This document shows, in pieces, positions 39,985 to 50,783 of a stretch of 64,000 bases of DNA; position 1 is the stretch's first letter, and each line of letters starts with the position of its first letter. The stretch covers positions 3,846 to 67,845 of the forward strand of contig CAOXTD010000005.1 in NCBI GenBank assembly GCA_948560265.1. The letters run 5' to 3'. The translations under genes were made by a program, and so were the position numbers. This stretch comes from an uncultured Clostridia bacterium. GTDB lineage: Bacteria; Bacillota; Clostridia; TANB77; CAG-508. The notes under the pieces were generated by a model. That model ran no database searches. It saw only the letters and a program-made list of their open reading frames with translations, and had not been told where the DNA came from.

Positions 39985-39988
39985 TGTC

Positions 39989-40115
39989 TGTCAGGTTGGG
40001 GACGTTCCTTTTTCTGACATTTTTGTCAGGCTAGGGACACTCCTTTAATGAATTTAGTAAGGTCTGTCCCTTCTATGACACTTTTGTCAGAAAAAGGAAC
40101 GTCCCCAACCTGACA
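39989..40115. repeat. 127-nt compound palindrome built from four units of the TGTCAG...GGGAC...CCTT element (two forward, two inverted), in the spoIIIAE-AF spacer
   Basis: Unit 39989-40010 is identical to 38102-38123, and its perfect reverse complement lies at 40094-40115. The inner units at 40024-40045 and 40059-40080 form an imperfect inverted pair. Confidence 0.9.
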
Positions 40116-40128
40116 AGAAGGAGAAAAA

Positions 40129-40776
40129 ATGGAATGGATGAGTGGTTGGATCCAAGGTATTATTATTGCAGTAATTATTAGTACCATTATTGAAATGATT
40201 TTGCCAGAAGGAACGAGTAAAAAGTATATTAAAGTAGTGATTGGTGTATATATACTGTTTTCTATTGTGTCTCCTGTGATTAGTAAGGTAACAGGAAATG
40301 AATTCAGAGTATCAGATATTTTAGATTTAGAAAAGTATATGGAAAAATCAAAAAATAGTAGTAACATGCAAAATCAATTCACAAATCAGAATCAAAATCA
40401 AATTAAAGATATTTATTTGAGTAGTATTAAAAGCGATATTAAGCAAAAGATAGAAAACAAAGGTTATCAAGTACAAAGTTTAGATTTAGAAATAGAAAAT
40501 GATGAACAATATACTTTGAAACAGTTGAAATTACAAGTTTCAAAAGAGGCAGTAGAGACAAATAGTCAAACTACTAATAAAAATACAAATCAGATAGTAG
40601 AAAATGTTCAAGAAGTAAGTATTAAAATAGGAAATAATACACAAAATGAGAATAAATCATCAGTAAATACACAGAATAAGAAGAATACAATTTCTAGCCA
40701 AAATAGGAAAGAATTAAAAGATTATTTGAGTAATGTATATGAAATAAGTACAAAAAATATTTTCATAAATGAGTAA
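40129..40776 (+). CDS. spoIIIAF: Stage III sporulation protein AF
   Basis: N-terminal two-TM region MEWMSGWIQGIIIAVIISTIIEMILPEG..KYIKVVIGVYIL, in the expected operon position. Confidence 0.75.
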   Translation: MEWMSGWIQGIIIAVIISTIIEMILPEGTSKKYIKVVIGVYILFSIVSPVISKVTGNEFRVSDILDLEKYMEKSKNSSNMQNQFTNQNQNQIKDIYLSSIKSDIKQKIENKGYQVQSLDLEIENDEQYTLKQLKLQVSKEAVETNSQTTNKNTNQIVENVQEVSIKIGNNTQNENKSSVNTQNKKNTISSQNRKELKDYLSNVYEISTKNIFINE

Positions 40777-40790
40777 AGGAGGACATATAT

Positions 40791-41408
40791 ATGCTAAAGG
40801 ACAAGATTAAAAATTTTCTAATAAAAGAACAAGAGGGAGACAACAAAAAGAAAATTGAAAATTTAGCAGTGTTTGTAGTAATATTAATTGTTACTTTAAT
40901 TGCAATTAACTTGATATGGAATAGTGGTGGGAAGAAGAATCAAGATACTTCTGATGATCCAAATAAAAAGTTGGCAGGTATAGAAAATAATAGTTCTATT
41001 CAAACAAATGGAATAGCACAAGATACTTTGTCTATACAATTAGAGGAAATACTGGGGAAAATAGAAGGTGTAGGCAAGGTAAAAGTTCTAATTACATATT
41101 CACAAACTAATGAAACTGTTCCAATGTATAATGAAGATACTTCACAAAAAGATACTGAGGAAAAAGACACAAGTGGGGGAACAAGAAAAGTGACAGAAAC
41201 AGATAGTAAAAAGGAGATTATTTATCAGGAGAGCAATGGGGAGAAAATACCTATTACAAAAAGTATTATAAGTCCTAAAATAGAAGGCGCTATTATTACT
41301 GCACAAGGGGCTGAAAGTGCTGTGGTGAAAACCAACATTATACAGGCTGTAGAGGCAGTGACAGGAATTTCTTCTCATAAAATTCAAGTGTTTTCTATGA
41401 GTGAATGA
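40791..41408 (+). CDS. spoIIIAG: Stage III sporulation protein AG
   Basis: Single TM helix, with the C-terminal ring-building-motif region GVGKVKVLITY...P.IEGAIITAQGA...I..AV. Confidence 0.75.
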   Translation: MLKDKIKNFLIKEQEGDNKKKIENLAVFVVILIVTLIAINLIWNSGGKKNQDTSDDPNKKLAGIENNSSIQTNGIAQDTLSIQLEEILGKIEGVGKVKVLITYSQTNETVPMYNEDTSQKDTEEKDTSGGTRKVTETDSKKEIIYQESNGEKIPITKSIISPKIEGAIITAQGAESAVVKTNIIQAVEAVTGISSHKIQVFSMSE

Positions 41409-41472
41409 GATACATAAAAGATTTTACAAAAGAGAAGGATACTAAAAAGCTAAAGAAAGGAAAAGCAAGAAA

Positions 41473-42174
41473 ATGAAAAATCTAAATTTAAAGAAAAATC
41501 AGGTGGTTATTTTTGTAATAGCTTTAATGCTAGTAACAGCAGGATATTTGAATTTTAGTAATGAGCAAAATTTATTGCCAACTAGTAGTCTGGCAGATTC
41601 CGAGCAAATGGCGGCTATTGGAGATGCAACATTAGTTAGTGCTAATCAAACAACTAAAAATTCGGTAGTAGATAGCGTGATAAATAATACAACAAGTAAT
41701 ACTAGACAAAATAGTAATGCTCAAACAAACAGTAACGTACAAACAAGTGGAGATATACAAGCAAACATGAATGAACAAACTAACAATCAAGTAGCTGCAA
41801 GTCAAACAAATAATATTCCTCAAACAGATAATAGCTATTATACCCAATCTAAGTTAGATAGGGAAAAAATGTATTCTCAAATGTTAGAAAATTATCAAAA
41901 GATATTAGAGGCAGATAATTTAAGTACAGAAGAGAAAACAACTGCACAAGAAGAAATCAAGAAAATTAATAATGAGAAAAATGCTATTATGATAGCAGAA
42001 AATTTAATCAAAACAAAAGGCTTTGAAGAGGTTTTATTATTCGTGAATAATGGAAATGTTAGTGTTGTAGTAAGAACGGAAAAATTAGATGAAAGTCAAA
42101 TTGCACAAATTCAAAATATAGTGACAAGAGAGTTAAATGTAAAAGTAACAAAGATTAATGTAAGCATAAAATAA
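41473..42174 (+). CDS. spoIIIAH: Stage III sporulation protein AH
   Basis: Single TM helix, a low-complexity linker and a C-terminal YscJ/FliF-like domain (LIKTKGFEEVLLFVNNGNVSVVV). It is the last gene of the operon. Confidence 0.7.
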   Translation: MKNLNLKKNQVVIFVIALMLVTAGYLNFSNEQNLLPTSSLADSEQMAAIGDATLVSANQTTKNSVVDSVINNTTSNTRQNSNAQTNSNVQTSGDIQANMNEQTNNQVAASQTNNIPQTDNSYYTQSKLDREKMYSQMLENYQKILEADNLSTEEKTTAQEEIKKINNEKNAIMIAENLIKTKGFEEVLLFVNNGNVSVVVRTEKLDESQIAQIQNIVTRELNVKVTKINVSIK

Positions 42175-42189
42175 GTTTTATGAGTATAG

Positions 42190-42220
42190 AGAGGTGAATT
42201 TCAAATACCTCTTTATTTTT
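42190..42220 (+). terminator. Rho-independent terminator of the spoIIIA operon
   Basis: agaggt-(loop)-acctct followed by a T-rich run. Confidence 0.55.
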
Positions 42221-42344
42221 ATACACAAAGTTATATATTTATTTCAATTAGTCAAATTTTCAATAAAAATATTGTATTTTTCAAATTTATTGATATAATA
42301 AGAAAGAATAAATATACGTACGGTATAAACTAAGGAGGATTTTT

Positions 42345-43487
42345 ATGATAAAGAGAGTTGCTATTTTGGCAAATGGTGGTGATGTATCAGGATTTAATGC
42401 GGTTATTAGGGCTATTATTAAAACGGCAGAGAACAATAATGTAGAATGTTATGGATTTATTGAGGGATATAAAGGATTATTAGAAAATAATTATGTACAA
42501 TTATGCACTCATGCAACTGGAAATGCAATTGGGATTTTGCCAAAAGGTGGTTCTATTATTGGTTCTTCTACTAATTCTAATGTGTTTAATTATCCCGTAG
42601 AGGAAAATGGAGAAATTATTTATAAAGACTTATCAGACCAATGTGTAGAAAATATAAAAAAAGACGGAATTGACTGCCTATTTACTTTAGGAGGAGATGG
42701 AACTCAAAAATCAGCAAGAGATTTATCACTAAAAGGAATTAATGTAATTGGTGTTCCAAAAACGATCGATAATGATGTTGCGTGCACAGAGATTACTTTT
42801 GGATATAATACTGCTGTATCTGTTGCAGCAGATGCATTAGATAGACTTCATACAACAGGTGCTACACATCACAGAATCATGGTACTAGAGGTTATGGGAA
42901 GATATGCAGGTTGGATAGCCTTGGAAGCAGCGATTGCAGGAGGAGCAGACGTTGCGCTAATTCCAGAAATTCCATATGATATCAATAAAGCTGCACAAAA
43001 AATTATTAATCGTAAAAATAGAGGAAAGAGTTTTAGTGTAGTAGTTGTAGCAGAGGGAGCAAAACCAATAGGCGGAGAAATTAGTGTAAAGGCAGTGCGC
43101 AATAAAGGAAAAGGCGTGGATAACAACAAATTAGGTGGAGCGGGTGAAAAAGTGGCAGCAGCATTACAAGAGTTAACAGGATTAGAAGCTAGATGCACAG
43201 TTTTAGGGTATATGCAAAGAGGTGGATCACCAACAGCTTTTGACAGAGTGCTTTCAACAAAATACGGAGCAATGGCAATGGAGCTTGCTTTACAAGAGAA
43301 ATTTAATGTATTAACAGTTATAAAAGATGGAAAACTAAATTATGTTCCACTAGAAGATGTGGTAGGAAATAATAAGGAAATAGGAGCTGTTTCAGGAAAT
43401 ACTCCAGAAAGCAGTATTAGAAGAGTTAATATGGATCATGATCTAGTGAAAACGGCTAGACATATTGGTATCAACTTAGGAGATTAA
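42345..43487 (+). CDS. pfkA: 6-phosphofructokinase family protein (ATP- or PPi-dependent)
   Basis: PFK motifs are present: GGDVSGFNAVIRA, TLGGDGTQ, PKTIDNDV and MGRYAGWIALEAAIAGGAD. Confidence 0.85.
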   Translation: MIKRVAILANGGDVSGFNAVIRAIIKTAENNNVECYGFIEGYKGLLENNYVQLCTHATGNAIGILPKGGSIIGSSTNSNVFNYPVEENGEIIYKDLSDQCVENIKKDGIDCLFTLGGDGTQKSARDLSLKGINVIGVPKTIDNDVACTEITFGYNTAVSVAADALDRLHTTGATHHRIMVLEVMGRYAGWIALEAAIAGGADVALIPEIPYDINKAAQKIINRKNRGKSFSVVVVAEGAKPIGGEISVKAVRNKGKGVDNNKLGGAGEKVAAALQELTGLEARCTVLGYMQRGGSPTAFDRVLSTKYGAMAMELALQEKFNVLTVIKDGKLNYVPLEDVVGNNKEIGAVSGNTPESSIRRVNMDHDLVKTARHIGINLGD

Positions 43488-43504
43488 TAGAAGGAGCGAT
43501 ATTT

Positions 43505-45214
43505 ATGATAGACTTCAAACGAAAAATCGCAGAGCAAATTAGCAAAGCAGCAAACTTATCACAAGAAGAAATATATGAATATATTGAAGTTCCAACAGAT
43601 GAAAAAATGGGGGATTTTGCATTTCCTTGTTTTAAACTTGCAAAAGAGCTAAAAAAAGCACCACAAATGATAGCACAAGATTTAAAAGAAAAAATAGTAT
43701 TTGAAGATGGTTCTATAAAAGAAATTAATGTGGTTAATGGATATTTAAATTTTACTGTTCAGAATCAAGCAATAATAGAAAATGTGTTAAAGGAAATTAA
43801 TGATAAACAAGAGAATTATGGAAAAAGTACAATAGGACAAGGGAAAAATATTGTCATTGACTATTCTGCGCCTAATATTGCAAAACCTTTTCATATAGGA
43901 CATCTACGTTCTACAGTAATTGGTGGGGCACTATACAAAATTTATAAAGCACTAGGATATCATTGCACAGGAATAAACCATTTAGGAGATTATGGAACAC
44001 AGTTTGGTAAATTAATTGAAGGGTATAAAAAATGGGGAGAAGAATACAATATTGAAGAGAACCCTATTGATGAGTTAACCAAAATTTATGTTAGAATTAA
44101 TAATTTATGCAAAGAAGATGAAAGTGTTTTAGAAGCGTGTAGAGATAATTTTAAAAAGTTAGAAGATGGAGACGAATATTGTACTAAGTTATGGACAAAG
44201 TTTAGAGAATTAAGCTTAAAAGAATTCCAAAGAGTTTATGACATGTTACAAGTTGATTTTGACTCTTGGAATGGAGAGGCTTTCTATTCTGATAAAATGC
44301 CAGAAGTAATTGAAATTTTAAAAGGTAAGAATTTGTTAGTTCCATCAGAAGGAGCTATGGTAGTAGATTTATCTGAAAAAGATATGCCACCATGTATTAT
44401 TGAGAAAACGAATGGATCTACTACATATGCTACTCGTGATTTAGCCGCAATTTTATATCGTGCTAGAACTTACGATTTTACAAAGGCAATTTATGTGACG
44501 TCTTATGAACAAATTTTACACTTTAAACAAGTATTTGAAACTGCCAAGAACTTAAATTTACCAGAAAAATACACTACTGGATTGGTTCATGTTCCTTTTG
44601 GAATGGTACAATTAAAAAATGGAAAAATGTCAACAAGAGAAGGCAATATTATTAAGCTAGAAGAACTACTAAATGAAGCAATTTCAAGAGTAGAAGAAAT
44701 TATGCAAGAAAAAAATCCAAACCTAGAAAATAAAGCAGAAATTGCAAAGAAAATTGGTATTGGAGCAGTTATTTTTAATGACTTATACAATAGTAGAATT
44801 AAAGATGAAATCTTTGACTGGGATACTATGTTAAACTTCAATGGAGAAACAGGACCATACATGCAATATATTTATGTAAGAACAAAAAGTTTACTAGAAA
44901 AGGCAGGATATATTCCAAATATGGAAGATATTAACTTTACTAAATTAGAAGATGAAGCATCTATGAAAGTTATCAAACAAATTTATAACTTTGGGGATAG
45001 TCTAAAACAAGCAGCAGAAAAGTACGAACCATATGTTGTAGCAAGATACTTAATTAGTTTAGCACAAGCATTTAGTAGTTTCTACAATGAGAATAAAATA
45101 ATAGGTGCAGAAAAAGCAGTTCAAGATGCAAGATTATATTTAACATATGCAACAGGAATTGTATTAAAAGCAGGAGCAGAATTATTAGGAATTCAAATGC
45201 CAGATAGAATGTAA
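43505..45214 (+). CDS. argS: Arginine--tRNA ligase
   Basis: Class I HIGH (PNIAKPFHIGHLRS) and the MSTREG variant of KMSKS are present. The 569-aa length is typical. Confidence 0.95.
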   Translation: MIDFKRKIAEQISKAANLSQEEIYEYIEVPTDEKMGDFAFPCFKLAKELKKAPQMIAQDLKEKIVFEDGSIKEINVVNGYLNFTVQNQAIIENVLKEINDKQENYGKSTIGQGKNIVIDYSAPNIAKPFHIGHLRSTVIGGALYKIYKALGYHCTGINHLGDYGTQFGKLIEGYKKWGEEYNIEENPIDELTKIYVRINNLCKEDESVLEACRDNFKKLEDGDEYCTKLWTKFRELSLKEFQRVYDMLQVDFDSWNGEAFYSDKMPEVIEILKGKNLLVPSEGAMVVDLSEKDMPPCIIEKTNGSTTYATRDLAAILYRARTYDFTKAIYVTSYEQILHFKQVFETAKNLNLPEKYTTGLVHVPFGMVQLKNGKMSTREGNIIKLEELLNEAISRVEEIMQEKNPNLENKAEIAKKIGIGAVIFNDLYNSRIKDEIFDWDTMLNFNGETGPYMQYIYVRTKSLLEKAGYIPNMEDINFTKLEDEASMKVIKQIYNFGDSLKQAAEKYEPYVVARYLISLAQAFSSFYNENKIIGAEKAVQDARLYLTYATGIVLKAGAELLGIQMPDRM

Positions 45215-45303
45215 AAGAAAAAATATTAAAAAAATATATTCAAATGAAAAACATTGTGATAGAATATGAAATAACAAATTAGAAATTGCGAAAGGAAGGA
45301 AAA

Positions 45304-46671
45304 ATGAGAAAGTATTTTGGAACAGATGGAATTAGAAGGATTGCTAATACAGAACTTTCACCAGAGTTAGTTTATCGTGTAGCAAAGGCAGGTGCTTATG
45401 CTTTAGCAAAACACAGTAACCACACACCTACTATTTTAATTGGAAGGGATACAAGAATTTCAGGCACTCTAATTGAAAGTGCCATGACAGCAGGATTTTT
45501 GAGCTATGGGGCAAATGTAATTAGTTTAGGAGTGATACCAACTCCAGGAGTTGCTTACTTAACTAAAAAACTAAAAGCAGATGCAAGTGTTGTTATTTCA
45601 GCATCACACAATACATATGAATTTAATGGAGTAAAATACTTTAGCAATAAAGGAATGAAGATTCCAGACGAAATCGAAGAAGAAATTGAAGAGATGATGG
45701 ATTCTGATAAACTTAGTGATTTTACTGCTGTAAATGAAAAGATTGGAATAGCAGAAGTAAGAACAGACCTTTTAGATGAATATGTATATTTCTTTAGAAA
45801 AAATTTCGAAGAAGAATTTGAAGAATATGATAGAGATGATTTTGTAGTAGCAATTGATACCGCTAATGGTGCTACATCAGTTGTAGCAGATAAAGTATTT
45901 ACTGCATTAGGAATTAGACATTATATTATGAATGATACACCAAATGGTATTAATATTAATGAGAACTGTGGTTCTACCCATTTAGATATGCTAAAAAATT
46001 ATGTAATAGAACATAATTGCAATTTAGGAATTGCCTATGATGGAGATGGAGATAGGTGTTTAGCAGTTGATGAAAATGGAAATGAGATTAATGGGGATAA
46101 ATTATTAGCTGTTATTTCTAATTATATGAAAGAAAAAGGAACCTTGAAAAATAACGCTGTAGTTGCTACAGTTATGAGTAATTTAGGATTAAAGAAATAT
46201 GCAGAAGCAAATGGATTAGACTGTGTACAAACCAAAGTTGGTGATAGATATGTATTAGAAGAAATGCTAAAAAATGGTTATAATATTGGTGGAGAACAAT
46301 CAGGACACGTCATTTTCTTAGATTATAATCCAACAGGAGATGGAATTTTAACTTCTTTAATGCTAATTAAAGTTATGTTAGAAAAAAAGAAAGCAGCTTC
46401 TGAACTATGCAAGATTATTAACATCTATCCACAAGTATTAATTAATGCAAAAGTAGCCAATAATAAAAAAGATGACTATAAGAATGACAATGATATTCAA
46501 AATGCAATACAAAAACTAGAAGAAGAATTTTCAGGCAATGGAAGAGTTTTAATTAGACCATCAGGTACTGAACCTTTAATTCGTGTTATGATAGAAGGAG
46601 AAGACCAAGTTTATATGCAAAAGAAAGCTGAAGAATTAGTTAGCTTAATTGAAAAAAAATTAGGCGAATAG
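45304..46671 (+). CDS. glmM: Phosphoglucosamine mutase
   Basis: MRKYFGTDGIRR, active-site ISASHNTYEFNGVKYF, DGDGDRC and GGEQSGH. Confidence 0.95.
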   Translation: MRKYFGTDGIRRIANTELSPELVYRVAKAGAYALAKHSNHTPTILIGRDTRISGTLIESAMTAGFLSYGANVISLGVIPTPGVAYLTKKLKADASVVISASHNTYEFNGVKYFSNKGMKIPDEIEEEIEEMMDSDKLSDFTAVNEKIGIAEVRTDLLDEYVYFFRKNFEEEFEEYDRDDFVVAIDTANGATSVVADKVFTALGIRHYIMNDTPNGININENCGSTHLDMLKNYVIEHNCNLGIAYDGDGDRCLAVDENGNEINGDKLLAVISNYMKEKGTLKNNAVVATVMSNLGLKKYAEANGLDCVQTKVGDRYVLEEMLKNGYNIGGEQSGHVIFLDYNPTGDGILTSLMLIKVMLEKKKAASELCKIINIYPQVLINAKVANNKKDDYKNDNDIQNAIQKLEEEFSGNGRVLIRPSGTEPLIRVMIEGEDQVYMQKKAEELVSLIEKKLGE

Positions 46672-46698
46672 CCAAAAATACAAAGGAGGAAATGGACA

Positions 46699-47037
46699 AT
46701 GCCATTTATTAATTTTACAAACCCAACCCTTATTTTATTAGGACTAATACTTTTTTTATTAGTATTATATCTAGGAAGAGAAACAAAGAAAGCCTGGGTA
46801 ATAGGCATAATGCTTTTTGCATTCTTAGGATTACTAATAGGGCATGCAGTAGAATTTGCAACATTTGCAAGTAAAGGAAGTCAACTTTATGAAACATTAC
46901 TTGCTTGTTCAACTGTAGACTTAGTATTTATCTTTGTATCTTTCATTTCTTATCTATGGGTAGATGATATTGAAACTAAAACAGGTAAAAAGAAAAGTAT
47001 TGATAATAGCTTGGAGTGGTTTTGGAATAAAGTTTAA
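46699..47037 (+). CDS. Hypothetical three-TM membrane protein
   Basis: ORF with an AAAGGAGG RBS, lying between glmM and metG. Confidence 0.5.
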   Translation: MPFINFTNPTLILLGLILFLLVLYLGRETKKAWVIGIMLFAFLGLLIGHAVEFATFASKGSQLYETLLACSTVDLVFIFVSFISYLWVDDIETKTGKKKSIDNSLEWFWNKV

Positions 47038-47063
47038 AAGCAAAAAGAAAGAGGGGAACAGTT

Positions 47064-48656
47064 ATGCCAAAATTTTATATAACAACACCTATTTATTACC
47101 CAAGTGGAAAATTCCACATTGGAACAGCATATACCACAGTATTAGCAGATACGATTAAAAGATATAAACAAGCTAGAGGATATGATGTTTACATGCTTAC
47201 TGGAACAGATGAGCATGGACAAAAAATTCAAAAAGTAGCAGAAGCAAGAGGAAAAACACCACAAGAACATGTAGATGAGATGGCAGAAGAGGCAAAAAAA
47301 TTGTGGCGATTAATGGAGATTCAGAATGATGATTTTATTCGTACCACTGATGAAAGACACACAAAGGTAGTAGAAGAAATTTTTGATAGATTAATGGAAA
47401 AAGGCGATATATACAAGTCTGAATATGAAGGTTGGTATTGTATGCCTTGTGAAACATATTTTACTCAGACACAATTAGTAGATGGAAAATGTCCAGATTG
47501 TGGTAGAGAAGTAAAGAAAATGAAAGAAGAATCTTACTTCTTTAATATGAAAAAATATGCAGATAGACTGATAAAATTCTACCAAGAAAATCCTACTTTT
47601 ATTTTACCAGAGTCAAGAAAAAATGAATTATTTAATAATTTCTTAAAACCAGGTTTAGAAGATTTATGCGTTAGCAGGACAAGCTTTGATTGGGGAGTAA
47701 AAGTACGAAAAGATCCAAAACATGTTATTTATGTATGGCTAGATGCTCTAACAAACTATATCACAGCATTAGGCTATTTGTCAGATGATGATAGCTTAAT
47801 GCAGAAGAATTGGCCGGCAGATGTACAAATTGTAGGAAAAGATATTATTCGTTTCCATGGTTTATATTGGCCTATTTTCTTAATGGCCTTGGATTTACCA
47901 CTTCCAAAGCAAATTTATGCTCATGGCTTTATCATGATGAAAGATGGTAAGATGTCTAAGTCAAAAGGAAATGTGATTTATCCTGAACCATTAATTGAAC
48001 GTTATGGATTGGATAGCCTTAAATATTTCTTATTAAGAGAAATGCCTTATGGACAAGATGGAACATTTACACCAGAAGGATTTGTAGAGAGATTTAATTA
48101 TGACTTATGTAACGACTTAGGAAATTTATTAAATAGAACAATTGGAATGATTAACAAATACTTTGGAGGAGAGATAGCAGGTTATACAAGTCCTAAAACT
48201 GTTGTTGGAGAAAATATTAATTTGGCAGAATTAAATCAAGAGATTGAAAAATTTTCAGACGGCATTATTCATGAAGTGGAAAACTTGTTAGATACTTACC
48301 ATATAGCAAATGCAATTACACAAACATGGGAATTAGTATCTAGAACAAATAAATATATTGATGAAACAGCACCCTGGATATTGTTTAAAGAAGAAAAACT
48401 AGAAGAATTAAAATCAGTAATGTATCATTTAGTAGAAAATTTAAGAAGAATTGCAATTTTAATTGCACCATATATGGGACATACGTCTACAAAAATGCTA
48501 GAACAGTTAAATATTCCAGAAGAATTACAAACATGGGATAGTTTAGACAAATATGAAGAATTAAAAGATATTAAAGTAACAGACAAACCAGAAGTATTAT
48601 TTGCAAGATTAGATAGTGAAGCAGAAGTGGAAGAAATCAAAAATATGATGAAATAA
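47064..48656 (+). CDS. metG: Methionine--tRNA ligase (short form)
   Basis: [15 protein letters not shown] (HIGH), a zinc knuckle CMPCETYF...CPDCG, and KMSKSKGN. Confidence 0.95.
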   Translation: MPKFYITTPIYYPSGKFHIGTAYTTVLADTIKRYKQARGYDVYMLTGTDEHGQKIQKVAEARGKTPQEHVDEMAEEAKKLWRLMEIQNDDFIRTTDERHTKVVEEIFDRLMEKGDIYKSEYEGWYCMPCETYFTQTQLVDGKCPDCGREVKKMKEESYFFNMKKYADRLIKFYQENPTFILPESRKNELFNNFLKPGLEDLCVSRTSFDWGVKVRKDPKHVIYVWLDALTNYITALGYLSDDDSLMQKNWPADVQIVGKDIIRFHGLYWPIFLMALDLPLPKQIYAHGFIMMKDGKMSKSKGNVIYPEPLIERYGLDSLKYFLLREMPYGQDGTFTPEGFVERFNYDLCNDLGNLLNRTIGMINKYFGGEIAGYTSPKTVVGENINLAELNQEIEKFSDGIIHEVENLLDTYHIANAITQTWELVSRTNKYIDETAPWILFKEEKLEELKSVMYHLVENLRRIAILIAPYMGHTSTKMLEQLNIPEELQTWDSLDKYEELKDIKVTDKPEVLFARLDSEAEVEEIKNMMK

Positions 48657-48699
48657 GCTGAATGATATGTGTAATGGATAAAAAGTAAGAGGTAAAAAG

Positions 48700-49371
48700 A
48701 TGGGAAAAATATTTGTAATAGATGGAACAGATGGTAGTGGAAAACAAACACAATTTGAGAGGTTAAAAAATAGATTAACGGAAGAAGGTATAGATTACAG
48801 AACCGTCAGCTTTCCAAATTATGATAGTCCATCTTCGTCACTAGTGAAAATGTATCTATCTGGTGAATTCGGAGAGAATGCCAAAGATGTTAGCCCATAT
48901 ATTGCTTCAACCTTTTATGCAGCAGATAGATATGCAACATATACAACAAAGTATAAAGAGTATTATGAAAATGGTGGTATTATATTAGCAGACAGGTATA
49001 CTACTGCTAATATGGTACATCAAGCAGGAAAAATACAAGATAGCGAAGAAAGAGAAAAATTTTTAAATTGGTTATGGAATTTAGAGTTTGAATTATATGG
49101 TTTACCAGTACCTGCAGAAGTATTTTTTCTAAAGATGCCACCAGAAAAGGCGTTAGAGTTGATTAAAAACAGAGAAAATAAATTTACTCATAGTGTACAA
49201 AAAGACATTCATGAAAGAGATAAAAGTCATATTATAGATAGTTTTAATGCTGCTTGTAGTGTTGCACAGAAATATAATTGGTATACAGTGGAATGTATCA
49301 AAGGCGGACAAGTAAGAACAATAGATGATATTCATGAAGAAATTTATCAGGAAATTAGAAAACATGCATAG
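48700..49371 (+). CDS. tmk: Thymidylate kinase family protein (dTMP kinase-like)
   Basis: P-loop VIDGTDGSGKQTQ and a DRY-like ADRYTTAN motif. Confidence 0.75.
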   Translation: MGKIFVIDGTDGSGKQTQFERLKNRLTEEGIDYRTVSFPNYDSPSSSLVKMYLSGEFGENAKDVSPYIASTFYAADRYATYTTKYKEYYENGGIILADRYTTANMVHQAGKIQDSEEREKFLNWLWNLEFELYGLPVPAEVFFLKMPPEKALELIKNRENKFTHSVQKDIHERDKSHIIDSFNAACSVAQKYNWYTVECIKGGQVRTIDDIHEEIYQEIRKHA

Positions 49372-49422
49372 AAGAGTATGGTGTTTCACAGCCTTATAAG
49401 TGAGAAAGTTATAAATCGAACG

Positions 49423-49458
49423 AGTATATCCAAATTAGTTGGATATACTTCCTTTTTT
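49423..49458 (+). terminator. Rho-independent terminator
   Basis: agtatatccaa-attag-ttggatatact, then cc and a T6 run. Confidence 0.6.
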
Positions 49459-49517
49459 AGTATCCAAACAGAAGTTGTTTTCATAATATATACAAAAAAT
49501 AATTGTGAGGATATATT

Positions 49518-50153
49518 ATGAATAAAATAAAAATGAATACGGTAGAGAAGGAATTATACTATCAAGGTGAAGTAATTGTCAGATATAAAATTGAGTACCC
49601 AGAGATAATTACTTCTTATTATAACGAAGGAATACAAATTTTTAATCATGAAAATAGAAAATCTGCTTTAGAATTAAAAGAATATGCAGAGGGTGAATTA
49701 TATGAACAGGCTAAGCAGACATACGAATTCAACAAGAAAAATGGTTATCCAATTATGGTTTATGAATTAGTAAGGGAATGTAATATTACGTATAATCAAA
49801 ATCAATTAGTCAGCTTGTATTGTGACGAATACATTTTTGAAGGGGGAGCACATGGAAACACTTTACGAAAATCTCAAAATTGGGATTTGAAAATTGCTCA
49901 AGAAATTCCATTACAAGCGTTTTCAAAAGGAAATCCATATTATCTTATTGATATCTTAAAACAGATAAATAAGCAAATAGCAGAACAGATAGAGAATGGA
50001 GTAGGAAGCTATTTTCCCCAATATTGTCAATTAGTATTAGAAACTTTTAACCTAGAAAATTATTACTTAACACCAAATGGTATAGTGGTTTTCTTTCAAC
50101 AATATGATATTGCACCATACTCTAGTGGAATACTTACTTTTCTTGTAAAATAA
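49518..50153 (+). CDS. DUF3298/DUF4163-like (RsiV/PdaC-type) domain protein
   Basis: The motif YIFEGGAHGN is characteristic. There is no signal peptide. Confidence 0.6.
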   Translation: MNKIKMNTVEKELYYQGEVIVRYKIEYPEIITSYYNEGIQIFNHENRKSALELKEYAEGELYEQAKQTYEFNKKNGYPIMVYELVRECNITYNQNQLVSLYCDEYIFEGGAHGNTLRKSQNWDLKIAQEIPLQAFSKGNPYYLIDILKQINKQIAEQIENGVGSYFPQYCQLVLETFNLENYYLTPNGIVVFFQQYDIAPYSSGILTFLVK

Positions 50154-50158
50154 AGGAT

Positions 50159-50193
50159 AAAAGCACAGAGTGAAGTGGCTTCTGTGCTTTTAT
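50159..50193. terminator. Hairpin between convergent genes (bidirectional terminator)
   Basis: aaagcacag-(loop)-ctgtgcttt, flanked by A/T runs. Confidence 0.6.
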
Positions 50194-50783
50194 TTCTCGA
50201 TCAACTTCCTAATTACTTCATATAAATAAGGTTTATATTCTTCAATAGGAAGAGGTTCATTATATAAAATAGAGTTAAAGCAAGTAGAGCTAACCAATTC
50301 AATAATCATAAACAAGGTAACATCAGGTTTCTCTATTTTTAAATGATTATCTTCAATTCCTTTTATAAAAAGCTTATAAATACCATTTTCCTTTTGGCTA
50401 TTATCTTCATAAATTTTCATAACCGCCTTGTTATAAATTCCTAAAGATAAATTCTTAGAAATAAATTTTAACAAAAGAGGATTTGAAGTTAATTCATCTA
50501 TAATATAATTAATGACAAAAATAATTTGGTCTGAGAAACTAGAGATGTAGTTTTTGTGCAAAGTATTTATGGCATCTTGAAAAAGTTTGCGAGAATGCTT
50601 GGCAATTAATACATCTCTGATTTCATATTTATCTTTAAAATATAAATAAAAGGTACCTTTGGCAACATTTGCATTGTCTACAATATCTTGAATAGAAGTG
50701 TCTTTCACACCTTTTTCTGTAAATAGTTTGAAAGCAGTATCTAATAATCTACGTTCTTTTTCTAATTTATTATCTTCTTCCAT
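50190..50783 (-). CDS. TetR/AcrR family transcriptional regulator
   Basis: HTH LLDTAFKLFTEKGVKDTSIQDIVDNANVAKGTFYLYFKDKYE. ATG 50783 follows GGAGGTG. It is divergent from the MMPL gene. Confidence 0.85.
   Translation of the reverse strand: MEEDNKLEKERRLLDTAFKLFTEKGVKDTSIQDIVDNANVAKGTFYLYFKDKYEIRDVLIAKHSRKLFQDAINTLHKNYISSFSDQIIFVINYIIDELTSNPLLLKFISKNLSLGIYNKAVMKIYEDNSQKENGIYKLFIKGIEDNHLKIEKPDVTLFMIIELVSSTCFNSILYNEPLPIEEYKPYLYEVIRKLIEK

Noticed and set aside
38102-40115. Whether the TGTCAG...GGGAC repeats could be a CRISPR array.
   Set aside because: There are only a few units, they occur in both orientations, the spacing is irregular and very short, they lie inside an operon, and no cas genes are present.
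40026-40367. A 113-aa minus-strand ORF overlapping the spoIIIAE-AF spacer and the 5' end of spoIIIAF.
   Set aside because: It runs through the palindromic repeat element and antisense to a well-supported spoIIIAF. It has no RBS, so it is spurious.
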